A stretch of DNA of 64,000 nt from Prochlorococcus sp. AG-355-N16. GTDB taxonomy: Bacteria > Cyanobacteriota > Cyanobacteriia > PCC-6307 > Cyanobiaceae. Position numbers and translations under genes: made by a program. Location: assembly GCA_003278545.1 (NCBI GenBank), contig QCEF01000004.1, forward strand, positions 27,194 through 91,193. The letters run 5' to 3'. Under the pieces are notes generated by a model, which searched no databases, was not told the origin of the DNA, and saw only the letters and a program-made list of their open reading frames with translations. Below are positions 43,730-55,571 of this stretch, one piece after another. Numbering within the stretch: the stretch's first letter is position 1; every line of letters starts with the position of its first letter.

Positions 43730-45310
43730 ATGTCTGGGTCAAGATGGTTTGACAAGTCTCTAATACTTAGAGATGGAGTAAAACTTATATCAAGGATTTG
43801 GTTACCTAATAGTAATGGGCCATGGCCTGCATTATTAATGAGACAACCTTATGGCAGGGAAATTGCTTCAACTATTACCTATTCTCATCCTGAATGGTGG
43901 GCTTCCAAAGGGTATATGGTCATAATTCAAGACGTTAGAGGTATGGGTTCTTCTGAAGGAGTCTTTAATGGTTTTTCTCAAGAAGCTAGCGATACTTCAG
44001 AAACTCATGAATGGGTAAGGTCTCTAAAAGAATGTAATGGGAAACTTGGCTTATATGGTTTTTCATATCAAGGATTTACTCAACTAACCGGTGAATTAAA
44101 TTCAAAGCCGCCCGATTGTTTATCTCCAGCAATGACTGGGATGAATATTAAGGATCATTGGTGCTCAGATGGAGGAGCATATTGGTGGCATAACAATATT
44201 GCATGGGGACTTCAAATCGCGGCACTAAAAATGAAAAAAGAAAATAATTTGTTTGAGTGGGGAAAGATAAGATTAGCCTTAGAAAATAAAAGTTATTTAA
44301 CGGAAGGAATTGAAATTTTAAAAAAATATGATCCTAATAGCTTCGTTTTGGAATGGCTTAAAAATTTAAATAATGCTCGCCCATTTGAAGAATTTAAACC
44401 AATTTCAGCATGGATTAAAAAACCTATGTTAATTATTGGAGGACTTTGGGATCCACATTTAAAAGGTGCCTTTGATCTTTATAAAAAATCTAAAGAAGCT
44501 GGTGGAAGCCCAGAAATTATTATTGGGAATGCAACACATCTAAATTGGTGGAAGGGATCACAAGAATCTTTATTAAATTTTTTTGATAAACATTTAAAAT
44601 TAGATGAAGATTTTAATTCTAAGAATTTAAAAGACGAAAAAAAAATATGGAATATTTCATTAAATAAATGGGAAGATTTAGATAACAAATTTAATCCTGA
44701 ATTTATTTTTGGACTCAAAAGCGATGGTACAGCAAATGTAAAGGTTGAAGATGGAAGTCTGACCATAAATTCAAAAGGATCAGGATGGTTCACAATTGTT
44801 CATGACCCATGGAGACCTACTCCATCTGACGGTGGACATTTAGGTCCAAATCCAGGGAAGTTTAACAGAAGCATTATTGATAAAAGACTGGATGTAGGTG
44901 TTTTTCAAACCAATTCTTTTGAAGAAGATCAATATTTAACAGGAGTCCCCACCTTAGAAATCCAAGTAAAAAGTGATCAACCCAATTTCGATATCTGCCT
45001 TGCTTTATCTCTAGTTGAAGAAGGTAATGAAAAGGTGAATCAATTTTCAACCGGATTCTTAAGGGTTAAAAACTCTAAAATAAGTGAAGAATGCATTTAT
45101 CAAATCACAATGCAACCAACAAATATTTGTTTGATTAAAGATAGCAAGCTTCGCTTATCTATATCTGCAGCAGCTTATCCCGCTATTGGAGTTAATCCTG
45201 GATTTGGGGAGGGAAATATTGGATCTCCTTCAGCAAATCATAGAGTTATTACTCTAAGTTTTAGCCTTGATAAAACATTTATGAAAATGACCCCTTTTTT
45301 TTATAAATAA
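43730..45310 (+). CDS. CocE/NonD family serine hydrolase
   Basis: LMRQPYG, QDVRG, GFSYQG nucleophile motif, GGLWD. Confidence 0.92.
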   Translation: MSGSRWFDKSLILRDGVKLISRIWLPNSNGPWPALLMRQPYGREIASTITYSHPEWWASKGYMVIIQDVRGMGSSEGVFNGFSQEASDTSETHEWVRSLKECNGKLGLYGFSYQGFTQLTGELNSKPPDCLSPAMTGMNIKDHWCSDGGAYWWHNNIAWGLQIAALKMKKENNLFEWGKIRLALENKSYLTEGIEILKKYDPNSFVLEWLKNLNNARPFEEFKPISAWIKKPMLIIGGLWDPHLKGAFDLYKKSKEAGGSPEIIIGNATHLNWWKGSQESLLNFFDKHLKLDEDFNSKNLKDEKKIWNISLNKWEDLDNKFNPEFIFGLKSDGTANVKVEDGSLTINSKGSGWFTIVHDPWRPTPSDGGHLGPNPGKFNRSIIDKRLDVGVFQTNSFEEDQYLTGVPTLEIQVKSDQPNFDICLALSLVEEGNEKVNQFSTGFLRVKNSKISEECIYQITMQPTNICLIKDSKLRLSISAAAYPAIGVNPGFGEGNIGSPSANHRVITLSFSLDKTFMKMTPFFYK

Positions 45311-45362
45311 TTAATTTTTTGGTTAATCATTTGATATTATTAATCGTTAATATCTACCAGTC

Positions 45363-47627
45363 ATGATCGAGACAATTCAAGCAGACTGGATTAAATCAGA
45401 AGCTATCAACCTAGAAAATTGTTGCAATGATAATCCATTAAAAATATTAGGTCCTCATTTTTATGAAGAACAATGGGTAATTAGGGTATGGATGCCTGAA
45501 GCCGACGAAGTTAAAATAAATTTTAAAAACAATACCTATAAGGCGGAAAGCATAAATCATAAATGGCTTTTTGAAGCTATCCTGCCTGAAAATCCAAATC
45601 ACAATTACGAAATAAATATTTCACGAGGAGGGATTACACATACACAACATGACCCTTGGTCATATAGAGATGAGTGGATGGGAGAAGTTGATAGACATCT
45701 TTTTGCAGGAGGTAATCATCATCATATTTGGGAAAAAATGGGAGCACATCTCATTGAAGAAAAGAATCAAAAAGGGGTCATGTTTTGTATTTGGGCTCCA
45801 AATGCAAAATCAATCTCGATAATTGGAGATATAAATTCTTGGGATGGAAGACATCATCCAATGCAAAAAAGATTAGGGGGAATTTGGGAACTATTCATGC
45901 CATCAATGCAAGAGGGCGACACATATAAATACGAAATAAGAACACAACAAGGTCATATTTATGAGAAAGCTGATCCATATGGTTTCCTTCATGAAATAAG
46001 ACCTCAAAACGGTTCAATAGTTTCAAAGTTGAAAAACTTTAATTGGAATGATAGTTCTTGGATTTCAAACAGAGATTCTTCTAGTCAAATTAACAAGCCA
46101 ATTTCAGTTTATGAAATGCATTTAGGGAGTTGGCTCCATGAATCCACAGATAATAAATATCTGGAGGGCAATGGTGAACCAAGAAACCCAGTACCTGCAG
46201 CCGATTTAAAACCTGGAACACGATTATTAACATATCCAGAATTAACCAAGAAACTAATTCCTTACGTAAAAGAAAGAGGATTCACTCATATTGAACTAAT
46301 GCCAATATCTGAACATCCTTTCGATGGTTCATGGGGATACCAAGTTACAGGCTGGTATGCACCAACAAGTAGATTTGGCACCCCTAATGAATTTAGAGAG
46401 TTTGTAAATCAATGCCATGAAGAGGGCATAGGCGTAATTCTTGATTGGGTGCCAGGTCATTTTCCAAAAGATAAGCATGGTTTAGCATTTTTTGATGGCT
46501 GCCATCTTTATGAGCATGGAGATTCACGAATAGGTGAACACAAAGAATGGGGAACCCTAATATTTAATTACAGCAGAAACGAAGTAAGAAATTTCTTAGT
46601 AGCAAATCTTATTTATTGGTTTGAAGAGTTTCATATTGATGGCATAAGAGTAGATGCTGTAGCTTCCATGCTTTACAGAGATTATCTACGTCCTGATGGA
46701 GAATGGATACCCAATGAAAATGGTGGGAATGAAAATATAGAAGCCGTTAAATTTCTTCAACAGGCTAATCATGTACTCTTCCAACACTTCCCAGGTGCAC
46801 TTTCTATCGCTGAAGAATCAACAACTTGGCCAATGGTAACCAAACCAACTGACATGGGAGGGTTAGGGTTTAACTTGAAATGGAATATGGGATGGATGCA
46901 CGATATGCTTGATTATTTTGAAATAGATCCTTGGTTTAGGCAATTCCATCAAAATAGTGTAACTTTCTCAATAACATATAACTATACAGAGAACTTTATG
47001 CTTGCACTTAGTCATGATGAGGTTGTCCATGGAAAAAGTCATCTTTTGCATAAAATGCCTGGCGATGACTGGAAGAAATATGCAAATACTCGAGCATTAC
47101 TAACTTATATGTGGACCCACCCTGGTAAAAAAACGATATTTATGGGAATGGAATTTGGGCAAAGACAAGAATGGAATGTTTGGGATGATCTGCAATGGGA
47201 GTTACTAGAATTTGAGCCTCATAAAGGTATCAGAAACTTGATTGATGACCTAAACGTTCTTTATAAAAATGAACCTGCATTATGGAAAAATGATTTTGAT
47301 CCTTATGGATTCCAATGGATCGATTGTAATGACAAATCTAATTCAGTTATAAGTTTCATGAGAAGAGAAAATGATACCAATGAGTGGCTTGTCGTTGTTG
47401 CTAACTTTACACCTAATACTCATGGGTCATACAAGGTAGGTGTTCCGGTTGAAGGATTCTATAAAGAAATATTTAATTCAGATGGCTCTAGATACGGGGG
47501 CAGTAACAAAGGAAATATGGGGGGTAAAGAAACTATAAATTACAATATTCATGATTATCAAAATGCTCTAGAACTTGCTTTGCCCCCATTAAGCGTGAGT
47601 ATCTTCAAGCATCAATCAAAAAAGTAA
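45363..47627 (+). CDS. glgB: 1,4-alpha-glucan branching enzyme
   Basis: [46 protein letters not shown]. Confidence 0.98.
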   Translation: MIETIQADWIKSEAINLENCCNDNPLKILGPHFYEEQWVIRVWMPEADEVKINFKNNTYKAESINHKWLFEAILPENPNHNYEINISRGGITHTQHDPWSYRDEWMGEVDRHLFAGGNHHHIWEKMGAHLIEEKNQKGVMFCIWAPNAKSISIIGDINSWDGRHHPMQKRLGGIWELFMPSMQEGDTYKYEIRTQQGHIYEKADPYGFLHEIRPQNGSIVSKLKNFNWNDSSWISNRDSSSQINKPISVYEMHLGSWLHESTDNKYLEGNGEPRNPVPAADLKPGTRLLTYPELTKKLIPYVKERGFTHIELMPISEHPFDGSWGYQVTGWYAPTSRFGTPNEFREFVNQCHEEGIGVILDWVPGHFPKDKHGLAFFDGCHLYEHGDSRIGEHKEWGTLIFNYSRNEVRNFLVANLIYWFEEFHIDGIRVDAVASMLYRDYLRPDGEWIPNENGGNENIEAVKFLQQANHVLFQHFPGALSIAEESTTWPMVTKPTDMGGLGFNLKWNMGWMHDMLDYFEIDPWFRQFHQNSVTFSITYNYTENFMLALSHDEVVHGKSHLLHKMPGDDWKKYANTRALLTYMWTHPGKKTIFMGMEFGQRQEWNVWDDLQWELLEFEPHKGIRNLIDDLNVLYKNEPALWKNDFDPYGFQWIDCNDKSNSVISFMRRENDTNEWLVVVANFTPNTHGSYKVGVPVEGFYKEIFNSDGSRYGGSNKGNMGGKETINYNIHDYQNALELALPPLSVSIFKHQSKK

Positions 47628-47745
47628 GAAGGCTCATTTAACTTAGTGCTTCATATAAATGTTCATATAACGCTTTTGCTCTGCTTTGCATTGTAAGATT
47701 TTTTAAGTTGGATTTTAATTTTTTTTTTAAATATCGAATTGAAAA

Positions 47746-48786
47746 ATGGGTCAAGATTTACCACTACTACTTTCTGCCGCATTAGGTAAAAAAGTAACTA
47801 GGCCTCCAGTATGGATGATGAGGCAAGCAGGAAGATATATGAAAATCTATAGAGATTTAAGGGAGCGTTACCCAAGCTTTAGAGAGAGGTCTGAAAATCC
47901 AGAACTATCATATGAGATTTCAATGCAGCCTTTTCATGCTTTCAAACCGGATGGTGTGATCCTTTTTTCAGATATTCTCACCCCTCTTCCAGGGATGGGC
48001 ATAAATTTTGAAATAATAGAAAGTAAAGGTCCAATTATTGAGGACCCAATAAGAACTCTTAACCAGGTTGAAAACTTAAAAAAATTAAATCCAAGTGAGA
48101 GTTTAAGTTTTGTTGGGCAAGTTCTTTCTTCACTAAAAAAAGATGTAAATAATGAGGCAACTGTTTTAGGTTTTGTTGGTGCACCTTGGACTCTTGCTGC
48201 ATATGTAGTTGAAGGTAAAAGCAGTAAAAATTATTCTTTAATAAAATCAATGGCTTTTAATGAACCAGATTTACTTCATAAACTTCTTGATCATTTTGCA
48301 AAATCTATTGGTGAATATCTTAAATACCAAATAAAATCTGGAGCACAAGTAGTACAAATTTTTGATTCATGGGCAGGCCAACTAAGCCCACAAGATTACG
48401 ATATCTTTGCTGGGCCGTATCAAAGAAAAGTTGTTGAAATTGTAAAAGCGGAATACCCTGAAACACCAATAATTCTTTACATTTCAGGAAGTGCTGGAGT
48501 CATAGAAAGAATGGCAAGAACTGGAGTAGACATAATCTCATTAGACTGGACAGTAGATATTGAAGAGGCTTGTAAAAGAATCCCTAGTGGGATAGGAATT
48601 CAAGGTAATGTTGACCCTGGCATCTTATTCGGAAACAAAGAATCAATAAAAGAAAGGATAGATAATACTTTCAATAAAATTAAAGACAGGAAATATATTC
48701 TTAATTTGGGTCATGGGATTTTACCTGGGACTCCAGAAGAAAATGCTCAAACATTTTTTGAACATGGAAAAAAACTCACTTACTAG
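47746..48786 (+). CDS. hemE: Uroporphyrinogen decarboxylase
   Basis: [27 protein letters not shown]. Confidence 0.98.
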   Translation: MGQDLPLLLSAALGKKVTRPPVWMMRQAGRYMKIYRDLRERYPSFRERSENPELSYEISMQPFHAFKPDGVILFSDILTPLPGMGINFEIIESKGPIIEDPIRTLNQVENLKKLNPSESLSFVGQVLSSLKKDVNNEATVLGFVGAPWTLAAYVVEGKSSKNYSLIKSMAFNEPDLLHKLLDHFAKSIGEYLKYQIKSGAQVVQIFDSWAGQLSPQDYDIFAGPYQRKVVEIVKAEYPETPIILYISGSAGVIERMARTGVDIISLDWTVDIEEACKRIPSGIGIQGNVDPGILFGNKESIKERIDNTFNKIKDRKYILNLGHGILPGTPEENAQTFFEHGKKLTY

Positions 48787-48794
48787 TCAAAGTC

Positions 48795-49778
48795 TTGGCA
48801 TATAAAAACTTATTAATAACAGGCGCTAATGGATGTGTTGGCCAATATTTAGTTGATTGGTTTTTGAAAAACACAAAATTCAGGCTTTATCTCATGGTAA
48901 GAGACAAAAGTAAGTTACCAATTTCTGTTCAAGAAAATAAAAAAGTCAAGTTAATGGTTTGCGATATCAGGGAATCAGATAGGTATAAAGAGGAAATTAG
49001 TCAAATTAATTACCTAATACATACTGCTACAGCTTGGGGAGATCCAAAAAGAGCCTATGAAGTAAATATTAAAGCTTTTGAAGAATTACTAGAAATGCTT
49101 GATATTGAAAAGTTAGACAAGATTATTTATTTTTCAACAGCTAGTATTCTTGATACCCAAACAGAATTAATGAGGGAATCATTGATTTATGGAACAGAGT
49201 ACATTCAAACAAAATATGAATGTTTCCAGAGACTTAGAGAAAGCACATTTGCAGAAAAAACATTTGCTGTTTTTCCTACCTTGGTTTTTGGAGGGAATCT
49301 TGGGAAAAAAAGTAAATATCCTGTGAGTTATTTAACTAGTGGATTGAAAGAAATTGGGAAATGGCTTTGGTTAGCAAGATTTTTAAAACTCGATTCTAAA
49401 TTTCACTTTATACACGCAAATGATATCGCCCAGATTTGTGGGTTTCTAATTAAAAATCATAAAGAAGAGCAATACAAAGGCTTTAGAAAATTTGTGCTAG
49501 GTCAAAAATTCATTTCAATTGATGATGCCATAATTACATTGTTAAAAAGACATAATATGAGAAGATTTTTTGCGATACCGCTTACAAAAAAAATTCTAAA
49601 AATATTATTAAGAATTCTCCCCATCCAAACTACTCCTTGGGATAGCTTCAGTATCAAAAAATATGACTTTAATCATGTCCCCATCACTAATCCTGAGACT
49701 TTTAAACTTAAAAGTTATGCCAAGTCACTGAATGATATTTTAAGGTTATCAAAGTTACCAAGCTGTAATAACAATTAA
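48795..49778 (+). CDS. NAD-dependent epimerase/dehydratase family protein
   Basis: ITGANGCVG Rossmann motif, HTATAWG, YIQTK (YxxxK). Confidence 0.88.
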   Translation: MAYKNLLITGANGCVGQYLVDWFLKNTKFRLYLMVRDKSKLPISVQENKKVKLMVCDIRESDRYKEEISQINYLIHTATAWGDPKRAYEVNIKAFEELLEMLDIEKLDKIIYFSTASILDTQTELMRESLIYGTEYIQTKYECFQRLRESTFAEKTFAVFPTLVFGGNLGKKSKYPVSYLTSGLKEIGKWLWLARFLKLDSKFHFIHANDIAQICGFLIKNHKEEQYKGFRKFVLGQKFISIDDAIITLLKRHNMRRFFAIPLTKKILKILLRILPIQTTPWDSFSIKKYDFNHVPITNPETFKLKSYAKSLNDILRLSKLPSCNNN

Positions 49779-49837
49779 AGTTCTCGCAGTTAGGTTACCA
49801 AAGCCTTGTAATATATATAGATAAGCAAATTATTATT

Positions 49838-50188
49838 ATGTTACGTTCAATCTTTGCAGGGTTATTTGCAATAGTTTTAACTCTAGGTCTAGGTATTTCA
49901 TCAGTTTCAGCTAAGACTGTTGAAGTCAAACTTGGAACAGATGCTGGAATGCTTGCATTTGAACCAAGTACAGTAACCATTAGTGCTGGTGATACAGTTA
50001 AATTCGTCAATAATAAACTTGCCCCACACAATGCTGTTTTTGATGGGCATGAGGAATTAAGTCATGCGGACCTAGCTTTTGCGCCAGGAGAATCTTGGGA
50101 AGAAACATTTGATACTGCTGGAACTTATGATTACTATTGCGAGCCACACAGAGGCGCTGGAATGGTAGGTAAAGTTATTGTTGAATAA
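49838..50188 (+). CDS. petE: Plastocyanin precursor
   Basis: Signal peptide; PHN and [11 protein letters not shown] type 1 copper ligands. Confidence 0.98.
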   Translation: MLRSIFAGLFAIVLTLGLGISSVSAKTVEVKLGTDAGMLAFEPSTVTISAGDTVKFVNNKLAPHNAVFDGHEELSHADLAFAPGESWEETFDTAGTYDYYCEPHRGAGMVGKVIVE

Positions 50189-50252
50189 ATCTTCTAAATA
50201 GTTAAACACTCTTTCTAACTTAATATTTATTACGGTCATTCCTAAATCTTGA

Positions 50253-52838
50253 TTGATGAAAATAGTTCCAAGCGAATTTTCAAATTCTGCTTGGAACTAT
50301 TTTATTTTTGCCAAAGAAATTGCTTATAAAAATTATCAACAAAACGTAGACTCTGATAATTTATTATTAGCTCTTATAAAAGATGACAATATTACAAAAA
50401 AGATTTTAAAAAATAATAATGTAAATCTAGAAGTTCTTCAGAGGGAAATAATTTCTTCATTAAATGCGAAGGCAAAAATGAAAAATAAACAAGATAATTT
50501 ATATATTGGTGATACTCTTCACAAAATATTTTTGAAGTCGAATGATATTAAAATTTATTTAAATGATGTAGTGATATCAACAGAACACTTAGTTTACGGT
50601 TTCACTTATGATGATAAATATGGATTTCAAATTTTAAATCAAAAAGGTATTCCAGAATTTCTTGAAATTATAAAGAAAATGAAGTCAGATCCGGCAGTAA
50701 AAAATGAATTTAATAGTTCTAATGAGTCTTTGGAAAAATATGGTATTGATCTAACTCAATCTGCACGAGATGGGATCTTAGACCCAGTTATTGGTAGGGA
50801 TGAAGAGATTAGAAGAACAATTCAAATATTGAGTAGAAGAACAAAAAATAATCCAGTTCTTATCGGAGAACCTGGGGTTGGCAAAACAGCCATTGTAGAA
50901 GGATTAGCTCAAAGAATTATTAATGGCGATGTACCTTCTGCGCTTCAAGATAGGAAACTAATTTCATTAGATATGGGTTCACTTTTAGCTGGAGCAAAAT
51001 ATCGTGGAGAATTTGAAGAAAGAATAAAAAATATTCTAAAGAAGGTGAAAGAATCAGACGGTAAGATTATTCTTTTTATTGATGAAATTCATACGGTAGT
51101 TGGTGCAGGCGCTAGTGGAGGTTCTTTAGATGCAAGCAACCTATTAAAACCAATGCTTGCGAGAGGAGAACTTAGATGTATTGGTGCTACAACTATTAAT
51201 GAACATAAACAAAATATAGAAAAAGATCCTGCTTTAGAACGAAGATTTCAAAAGATAAAAGTTGATGCTCCTTCGATAGATGATACTGTATCAATTTTAA
51301 GAGGATTGAGAGAAAGATACGAAGTTCATCATAGTGTGAGAATTTCTGATAATGCTTTAGTTGCTGCTGCAACCCTTAGCGAAAGATATATTAACGATAG
51401 ATTTCTTCCTGACAAAGCAATAGATCTAATCGATGAAGCAGCCTCAAGATTAAATATGGTCATAACTTCCAAACCTGAAGAAATTGATGAAATTGATCGA
51501 AAAGTTCTACAGTTTGAGATGGAAAAATTATCTTTAAAAAGAGAAACGGATAATTTTTCTATAGAAAGATTAAAAAAAATTAATAATGAGCTTATGTCCC
51601 TTAAAGATAAACAGGCAGAATTAGGCGCTCAATGGAAAAAAGAAAAAGATGGAATTGATGAGATTAGCACCATAAAAGAAGAAATTGAATCTGTTCAATT
51701 GCAAATAGATCAAGCCAAAAGGAGTTTTGACCTCAACAAAGCAGCAGAATTAGAATTTGGAACTTTAAATTCATTGCAAAAAAAATTGAAAGAAAAAAGC
51801 GAGTACCTAGTAAATTCTCAAAAAAATGGAGATACAAGTCTTTTAAGACAAGAGGTAACTTTTGATGATATTGCAGAAGTTGTCTCAAAGTGGACCTCTA
51901 TTCCAGTACAGAACTTAAACCAGTCAGAAAAAAATAAACTCCTGAGCCTCGAGTCAATCCTTAAAGAAAAAATTATTGGTCAAGATAGTGCAATTAGTGC
52001 TGTTGCAGATTCCATTAAGAGATCAAGGACTGGTCTAAATGATCCAAGCAAGCCATTAGCCAGTTTTCTCTTTTTAGGTCCAACTGGTGTTGGGAAAACA
52101 GAGCTAAGTAAAGTAACCGCCAAAATAATATTCGATTCAAATTCTTCAATTACAAGACTGGATATGTCTGAATATATGGAAAAGCATTCTGTGAGCAAAA
52201 TTATAGGTGCGCCTCCTGGATATTTAGGTTTCGAATCAGGCGGTCAACTAACTGAAGCTGTACGCAAAAATCCTTATTCATTAATACTCCTAGATGAAAT
52301 AGAGAAAGCTCACAAAGATATTTTAGATATTCTCTTACAGATTCTTGATGATGGAATCATTACTGATGGTCAAGGTCGTACAATCAATTTCAAAAATTCA
52401 ATCATTGTTCTCACAAGTAATTTAGGAAGTCAATCAATAAATGATTTATCAGTTAGAAAAGAAGATACAAATGAAATTAAAAAAGTTGTAGATAATGTAA
52501 TTAAAAAATTTTTCAAGCCTGAGTTTTTAAATCGACTTGATGAAATAGTTATTTTTAATAATTTAGAATTAAATGACATAAAAGAAATTGCAAAAATCCA
52601 GCTTCAACATTTAGAAAAAAGACTTAACAAAAAAAACTTAAAATTAAAAATTACGGATGAAGCAATTAACCAACTTGTCGAAAATAGTTTCGATCATGCC
52701 TATGGTGCAAGGCCTTTAAAAAGAATTATTCAAAAACAAATTGAGACAAAAATTTCAAATAATATATTGAATAATCATTACCTTAATAAAGACGAGATTA
52801 ATATTTATCTGGTTAATGGAGAGATAAATGTTGATTAA
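50253..52838 (+). CDS. clpB: ATP-dependent chaperone ClpB
   Basis: Two AAA+ modules ([12 protein letters not shown]; [13 protein letters not shown]), middle coiled coil, GARPLKR. Confidence 0.95.
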   Translation: MMKIVPSEFSNSAWNYFIFAKEIAYKNYQQNVDSDNLLLALIKDDNITKKILKNNNVNLEVLQREIISSLNAKAKMKNKQDNLYIGDTLHKIFLKSNDIKIYLNDVVISTEHLVYGFTYDDKYGFQILNQKGIPEFLEIIKKMKSDPAVKNEFNSSNESLEKYGIDLTQSARDGILDPVIGRDEEIRRTIQILSRRTKNNPVLIGEPGVGKTAIVEGLAQRIINGDVPSALQDRKLISLDMGSLLAGAKYRGEFEERIKNILKKVKESDGKIILFIDEIHTVVGAGASGGSLDASNLLKPMLARGELRCIGATTINEHKQNIEKDPALERRFQKIKVDAPSIDDTVSILRGLRERYEVHHSVRISDNALVAAATLSERYINDRFLPDKAIDLIDEAASRLNMVITSKPEEIDEIDRKVLQFEMEKLSLKRETDNFSIERLKKINNELMSLKDKQAELGAQWKKEKDGIDEISTIKEEIESVQLQIDQAKRSFDLNKAAELEFGTLNSLQKKLKEKSEYLVNSQKNGDTSLLRQEVTFDDIAEVVSKWTSIPVQNLNQSEKNKLLSLESILKEKIIGQDSAISAVADSIKRSRTGLNDPSKPLASFLFLGPTGVGKTELSKVTAKIIFDSNSSITRLDMSEYMEKHSVSKIIGAPPGYLGFESGGQLTEAVRKNPYSLILLDEIEKAHKDILDILLQILDDGIITDGQGRTINFKNSIIVLTSNLGSQSINDLSVRKEDTNEIKKVVDNVIKKFFKPEFLNRLDEIVIFNNLELNDIKEIAKIQLQHLEKRLNKKNLKLKITDEAINQLVENSFDHAYGARPLKRIIQKQIETKISNNILNNHYLNKDEINIYLVNGEINVD

Positions 52839-52887
52839 ATATTTAAATTAAAAAATCCTATATGACTTTAAAATTAACAACTTTAAT

Positions 52888-53361
52888 CTAAGATTTGAAC
52901 CAATCAGGAATTTCCTCATAACTTGCTTTATTCGATTTATTTTCTTTTGATTCTGTTTTCCAACAACATGTTCTGCCCTTATCCTTATCCTGTAAGTATT
53001 CATTAGCCCATCTCCAAATTAATTCAGAGGTAAACTCCATTCCCACATTATCCATAATTCTCAGATCTAAAGCATCTAAGTCATGTAATTTTTCCCAGTA
53101 ATTCAGCAAAGGGTCATCTTTATTTATTAAAAAAGTATGGTCAAATTGCTCCTTTAGTCTATATTCTAGTGGCTTTAGACTTGAAAAATCGACAACAAAA
53201 CCATTTAGGTCTAATTTTTTTGCCGCGAACCAAAAGGTAAATGATCTTGAATATCCATGCACAAATCTGCAGTGGCCTTCATGGCGCCATTGCCTATGAG
53301 AACAGGGAAAATCCTCGTAACTTTTGCTGCATGAAAATTTCAAAGAATGAATATACATCAA
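52888..53361 (-). CDS. PTPS/QueD-family pterin enzyme (variant motif)
   Basis: CSHRQW...CRFVHGYS, VVDF, FDHTFL, E of GMEFT. Confidence 0.85.
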   Translation of the reverse strand: MMYIHSLKFSCSKSYEDFPCSHRQWRHEGHCRFVHGYSRSFTFWFAAKKLDLNGFVVDFSSLKPLEYRLKEQFDHTFLINKDDPLLNYWEKLHDLDALDLRIMDNVGMEFTSELIWRWANEYLQDKDKGRTCCWKTESKENKSNKASYEEIPDWFKS

Positions 53362-53420
53362 TTAACTGTTAGGATAATTTTAATAAAACACATTGAGTAG
53401 GATTTAACATAACGAACATA

Positions 53421-54080
53421 ATGACTTATTCAACTAATTTTTCGATAGAGGATCTACGCTTTGATAATTATGGATTAATCCCTGCAATAGCACAAGATTG
53501 GCTTGACGGATCAATTCTTATGCTTGCTTGGATGAACAAAGAATCTTTGACAATAACACTTGAAACCAAAAAAGTTCATTATTGGAGTAGATCAAGATCC
53601 GAAATTTGGAGAAAAGGAGCTACAAGTGGAAGTACCCAAATTCTTAAGGAGATAAGATTCGACTGCGATAATGATGCAATAATCCTTTTGATTGAACAAA
53701 ATGGTTCAGGAGCATGTCACACTGGAGAAAAAAGTTGTTTTTTCAACGAAATCAAAATTAATCAAAGTGATAAAAAAGAGAAAAAAACAACTCCCTTCTC
53801 AAATATTTGCTCTGAATTATTCAATACAATTAACGAAAGATCAATAAATCCATCAGAAAAAAGTTACACGAATCATTTATTAACAAAAGGTAGTAATACC
53901 ATTTTGAAAAAAATAGGAGAGGAATCTGCAGAATTTATAATGGCTTGCAAAGATAATGATAAAAATTTAATCTCAAATGAAGCTGCTGATTTAATTTATC
54001 ATCTGCAAGTAGCCCTTATGCATAAAGGCGTCGAGTGGAGAGATGTACTTGCAGTTCTAGAATCAAGAAGAAAAAATTAA
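53421..54080 (+). CDS. hisIE: Bifunctional phosphoribosyl-AMP cyclohydrolase / phosphoribosyl-ATP pyrophosphatase
   Basis: YWSRSR, KGATSG, DCDND, ACHTG, KKIGEES, EAADLIYH. Confidence 0.97.
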   Translation: MTYSTNFSIEDLRFDNYGLIPAIAQDWLDGSILMLAWMNKESLTITLETKKVHYWSRSRSEIWRKGATSGSTQILKEIRFDCDNDAIILLIEQNGSGACHTGEKSCFFNEIKINQSDKKEKKTTPFSNICSELFNTINERSINPSEKSYTNHLLTKGSNTILKKIGEESAEFIMACKDNDKNLISNEAADLIYHLQVALMHKGVEWRDVLAVLESRRKN

Positions 54081-54151
54081 ATAATTAAAATTTATAATTT
54101 TTTATTTTTTAACCTAAAAATTTAAAAAATAATGTAAGTTAACTATTTTAA

Positions 54152-54182
54152 TAATTATTAACTAATTATTAATTAATTATTA
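54152..54182. repeat. Three exact TAATTATTA direct repeats with 11-bp period
   Basis: Copies at 54152-54160, 54163-54171 and 54174-54182, about 60 bp upstream of the sigma factor GTG. Confidence 0.85.
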
Positions 54183-54241
54183 CATGTATGGCTTATTACT
54201 GAATTGACTATAAGTTGAATATATCGATAATGAGGTAAATC

Positions 54242-55165
54242 GTGAGTTCATTAAGCGATTTTCTTGGTGAAATAGGTCGTCATCAACTTTTGACTCCTGA
54301 AAGAGAACTCACAATGGGCAGAAAAGTCCAAGAAATGGTTTTGCTTGTTAATAGATGTCAAGAGGCAGGAGGGAAAGGCCCTGCTTGTGAATATTCCGAA
54401 GCTGAGAAAAAAAAGATCAAAATTGGTGAAAAAGCTAAAAACGAGATGATAACAGCCAACCTAAGACTAGTTGTTAACCTTGCCAAGAGATACCAAGGGA
54501 AAGGATTAGAATTACTGGATTTAATTCAAGAGGGGACATTAGGTCTTACAAGGGCCGTAGAAAAATATGACCCGTCTAGAGGACATAGATTTTCCACCTA
54601 TGCTTATTGGTGGATTAGGCAAGGTTTAAACAGAGCATTGTCAACGCAAAGTAGAACGATAAGGATCCCTGTTAACATTAATGAAAAACTTACAAAACTA
54701 AGATCAGCAAAATCAAAGCTTATGCAACTTAAGGGTATTCCACCCACTAGTGATGAGCTAGCTGAAGAAATGAAAATAACTAAAGAGGAAATTGACGAAC
54801 TCCTTTCTTGTGAATTGAGAAGCATCACAGTTAGTCTCCAAGGTACTGTTAAATCAAAATCAGATCCTTCCGAGTTGGTTGATATTCTTCCAAGTGATCA
54901 AATTCCGCCAATGGAATTAGCCGAATTAGCCGAAAGAACAGCCTCGGCTTGGAAGTTATTAGATAAAGCAAATTTAACTGAGAAAGAAAGAAAGATAGTA
55001 AGCCTACGATTTGGTTTAGACGGCTCAAATGAATGGAGAACTTTAGCTGAAGTTGCAAGACATATGAGTTGTAGCAGGGAATATTGCCGACAAGTTGTTC
55101 AACGTGCTTTAAGAAAACTTAGGAAAGCAGGAGTACAGAATGGATTAGTTGATAGTATTAGCTAA
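54242..55165 (+). CDS. Group 2 RNA polymerase sigma-70 factor
   Basis: No region 1.1; ANLRLVV, DLIQEG, FSTYAYWWIRQ, region 4 HTH; GTG start with GAGGT SD-like sequence at 54232-54236. Confidence 0.96.
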   Translation: MSSLSDFLGEIGRHQLLTPERELTMGRKVQEMVLLVNRCQEAGGKGPACEYSEAEKKKIKIGEKAKNEMITANLRLVVNLAKRYQGKGLELLDLIQEGTLGLTRAVEKYDPSRGHRFSTYAYWWIRQGLNRALSTQSRTIRIPVNINEKLTKLRSAKSKLMQLKGIPPTSDELAEEMKITKEEIDELLSCELRSITVSLQGTVKSKSDPSELVDILPSDQIPPMELAELAERTASAWKLLDKANLTEKERKIVSLRFGLDGSNEWRTLAEVARHMSCSREYCRQVVQRALRKLRKAGVQNGLVDSIS

Positions 55166-55202
55166 AAATTCCATTAAAAATATTTAAATTTCATTTATAA
55201 GG

Positions 55203-55571
55203 ATGAAAGAGAATCACAAAAACCAAGAAAAAATCTTTGATGCTGAAGTTTTAGAGAGTTCAACATTTGATGAAAATATCATTATCAAGATTCTTATTAA
55301 AGGAGGAAGAACAATTGCCAAGCCTGCCCTAGAAGTTTTGGAGATGGCAATAGATCCTTATACTCCAGCACAAGTAAGAGTTTCATTAATGGCTGCTCTA
55401 GCATATTTGATTATGCCATTTGATCTTTTCCCTGACTTTATGCCTTTAGTTGGTTTTAGTGATGATTTTGTAGCCCTCACAGCAGTGCTCAGTATATGGA
55501 GCAAATACATGACTCCATCAATAAGAGCAAGAGCAGAGAATAAGCTTAATAAGTTATTTCCTTTTTATTAA
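55203..55571 (+). CDS. YkvA/DUF1232-family membrane protein
   Basis: AALAYLIMPFDLFPDFMPLVGFSDD signature. Confidence 0.9.
   Translation: MKENHKNQEKIFDAEVLESSTFDENIIIKILIKGGRTIAKPALEVLEMAIDPYTPAQVRVSLMAALAYLIMPFDLFPDFMPLVGFSDDFVALTAVLSIWSKYMTPSIRARAENKLNKLFPFY

Noticed and set aside
49795-50031. 78-aa ORF antisense to petE
   Set aside because: Mirror frame of plastocyanin; no separate evidence
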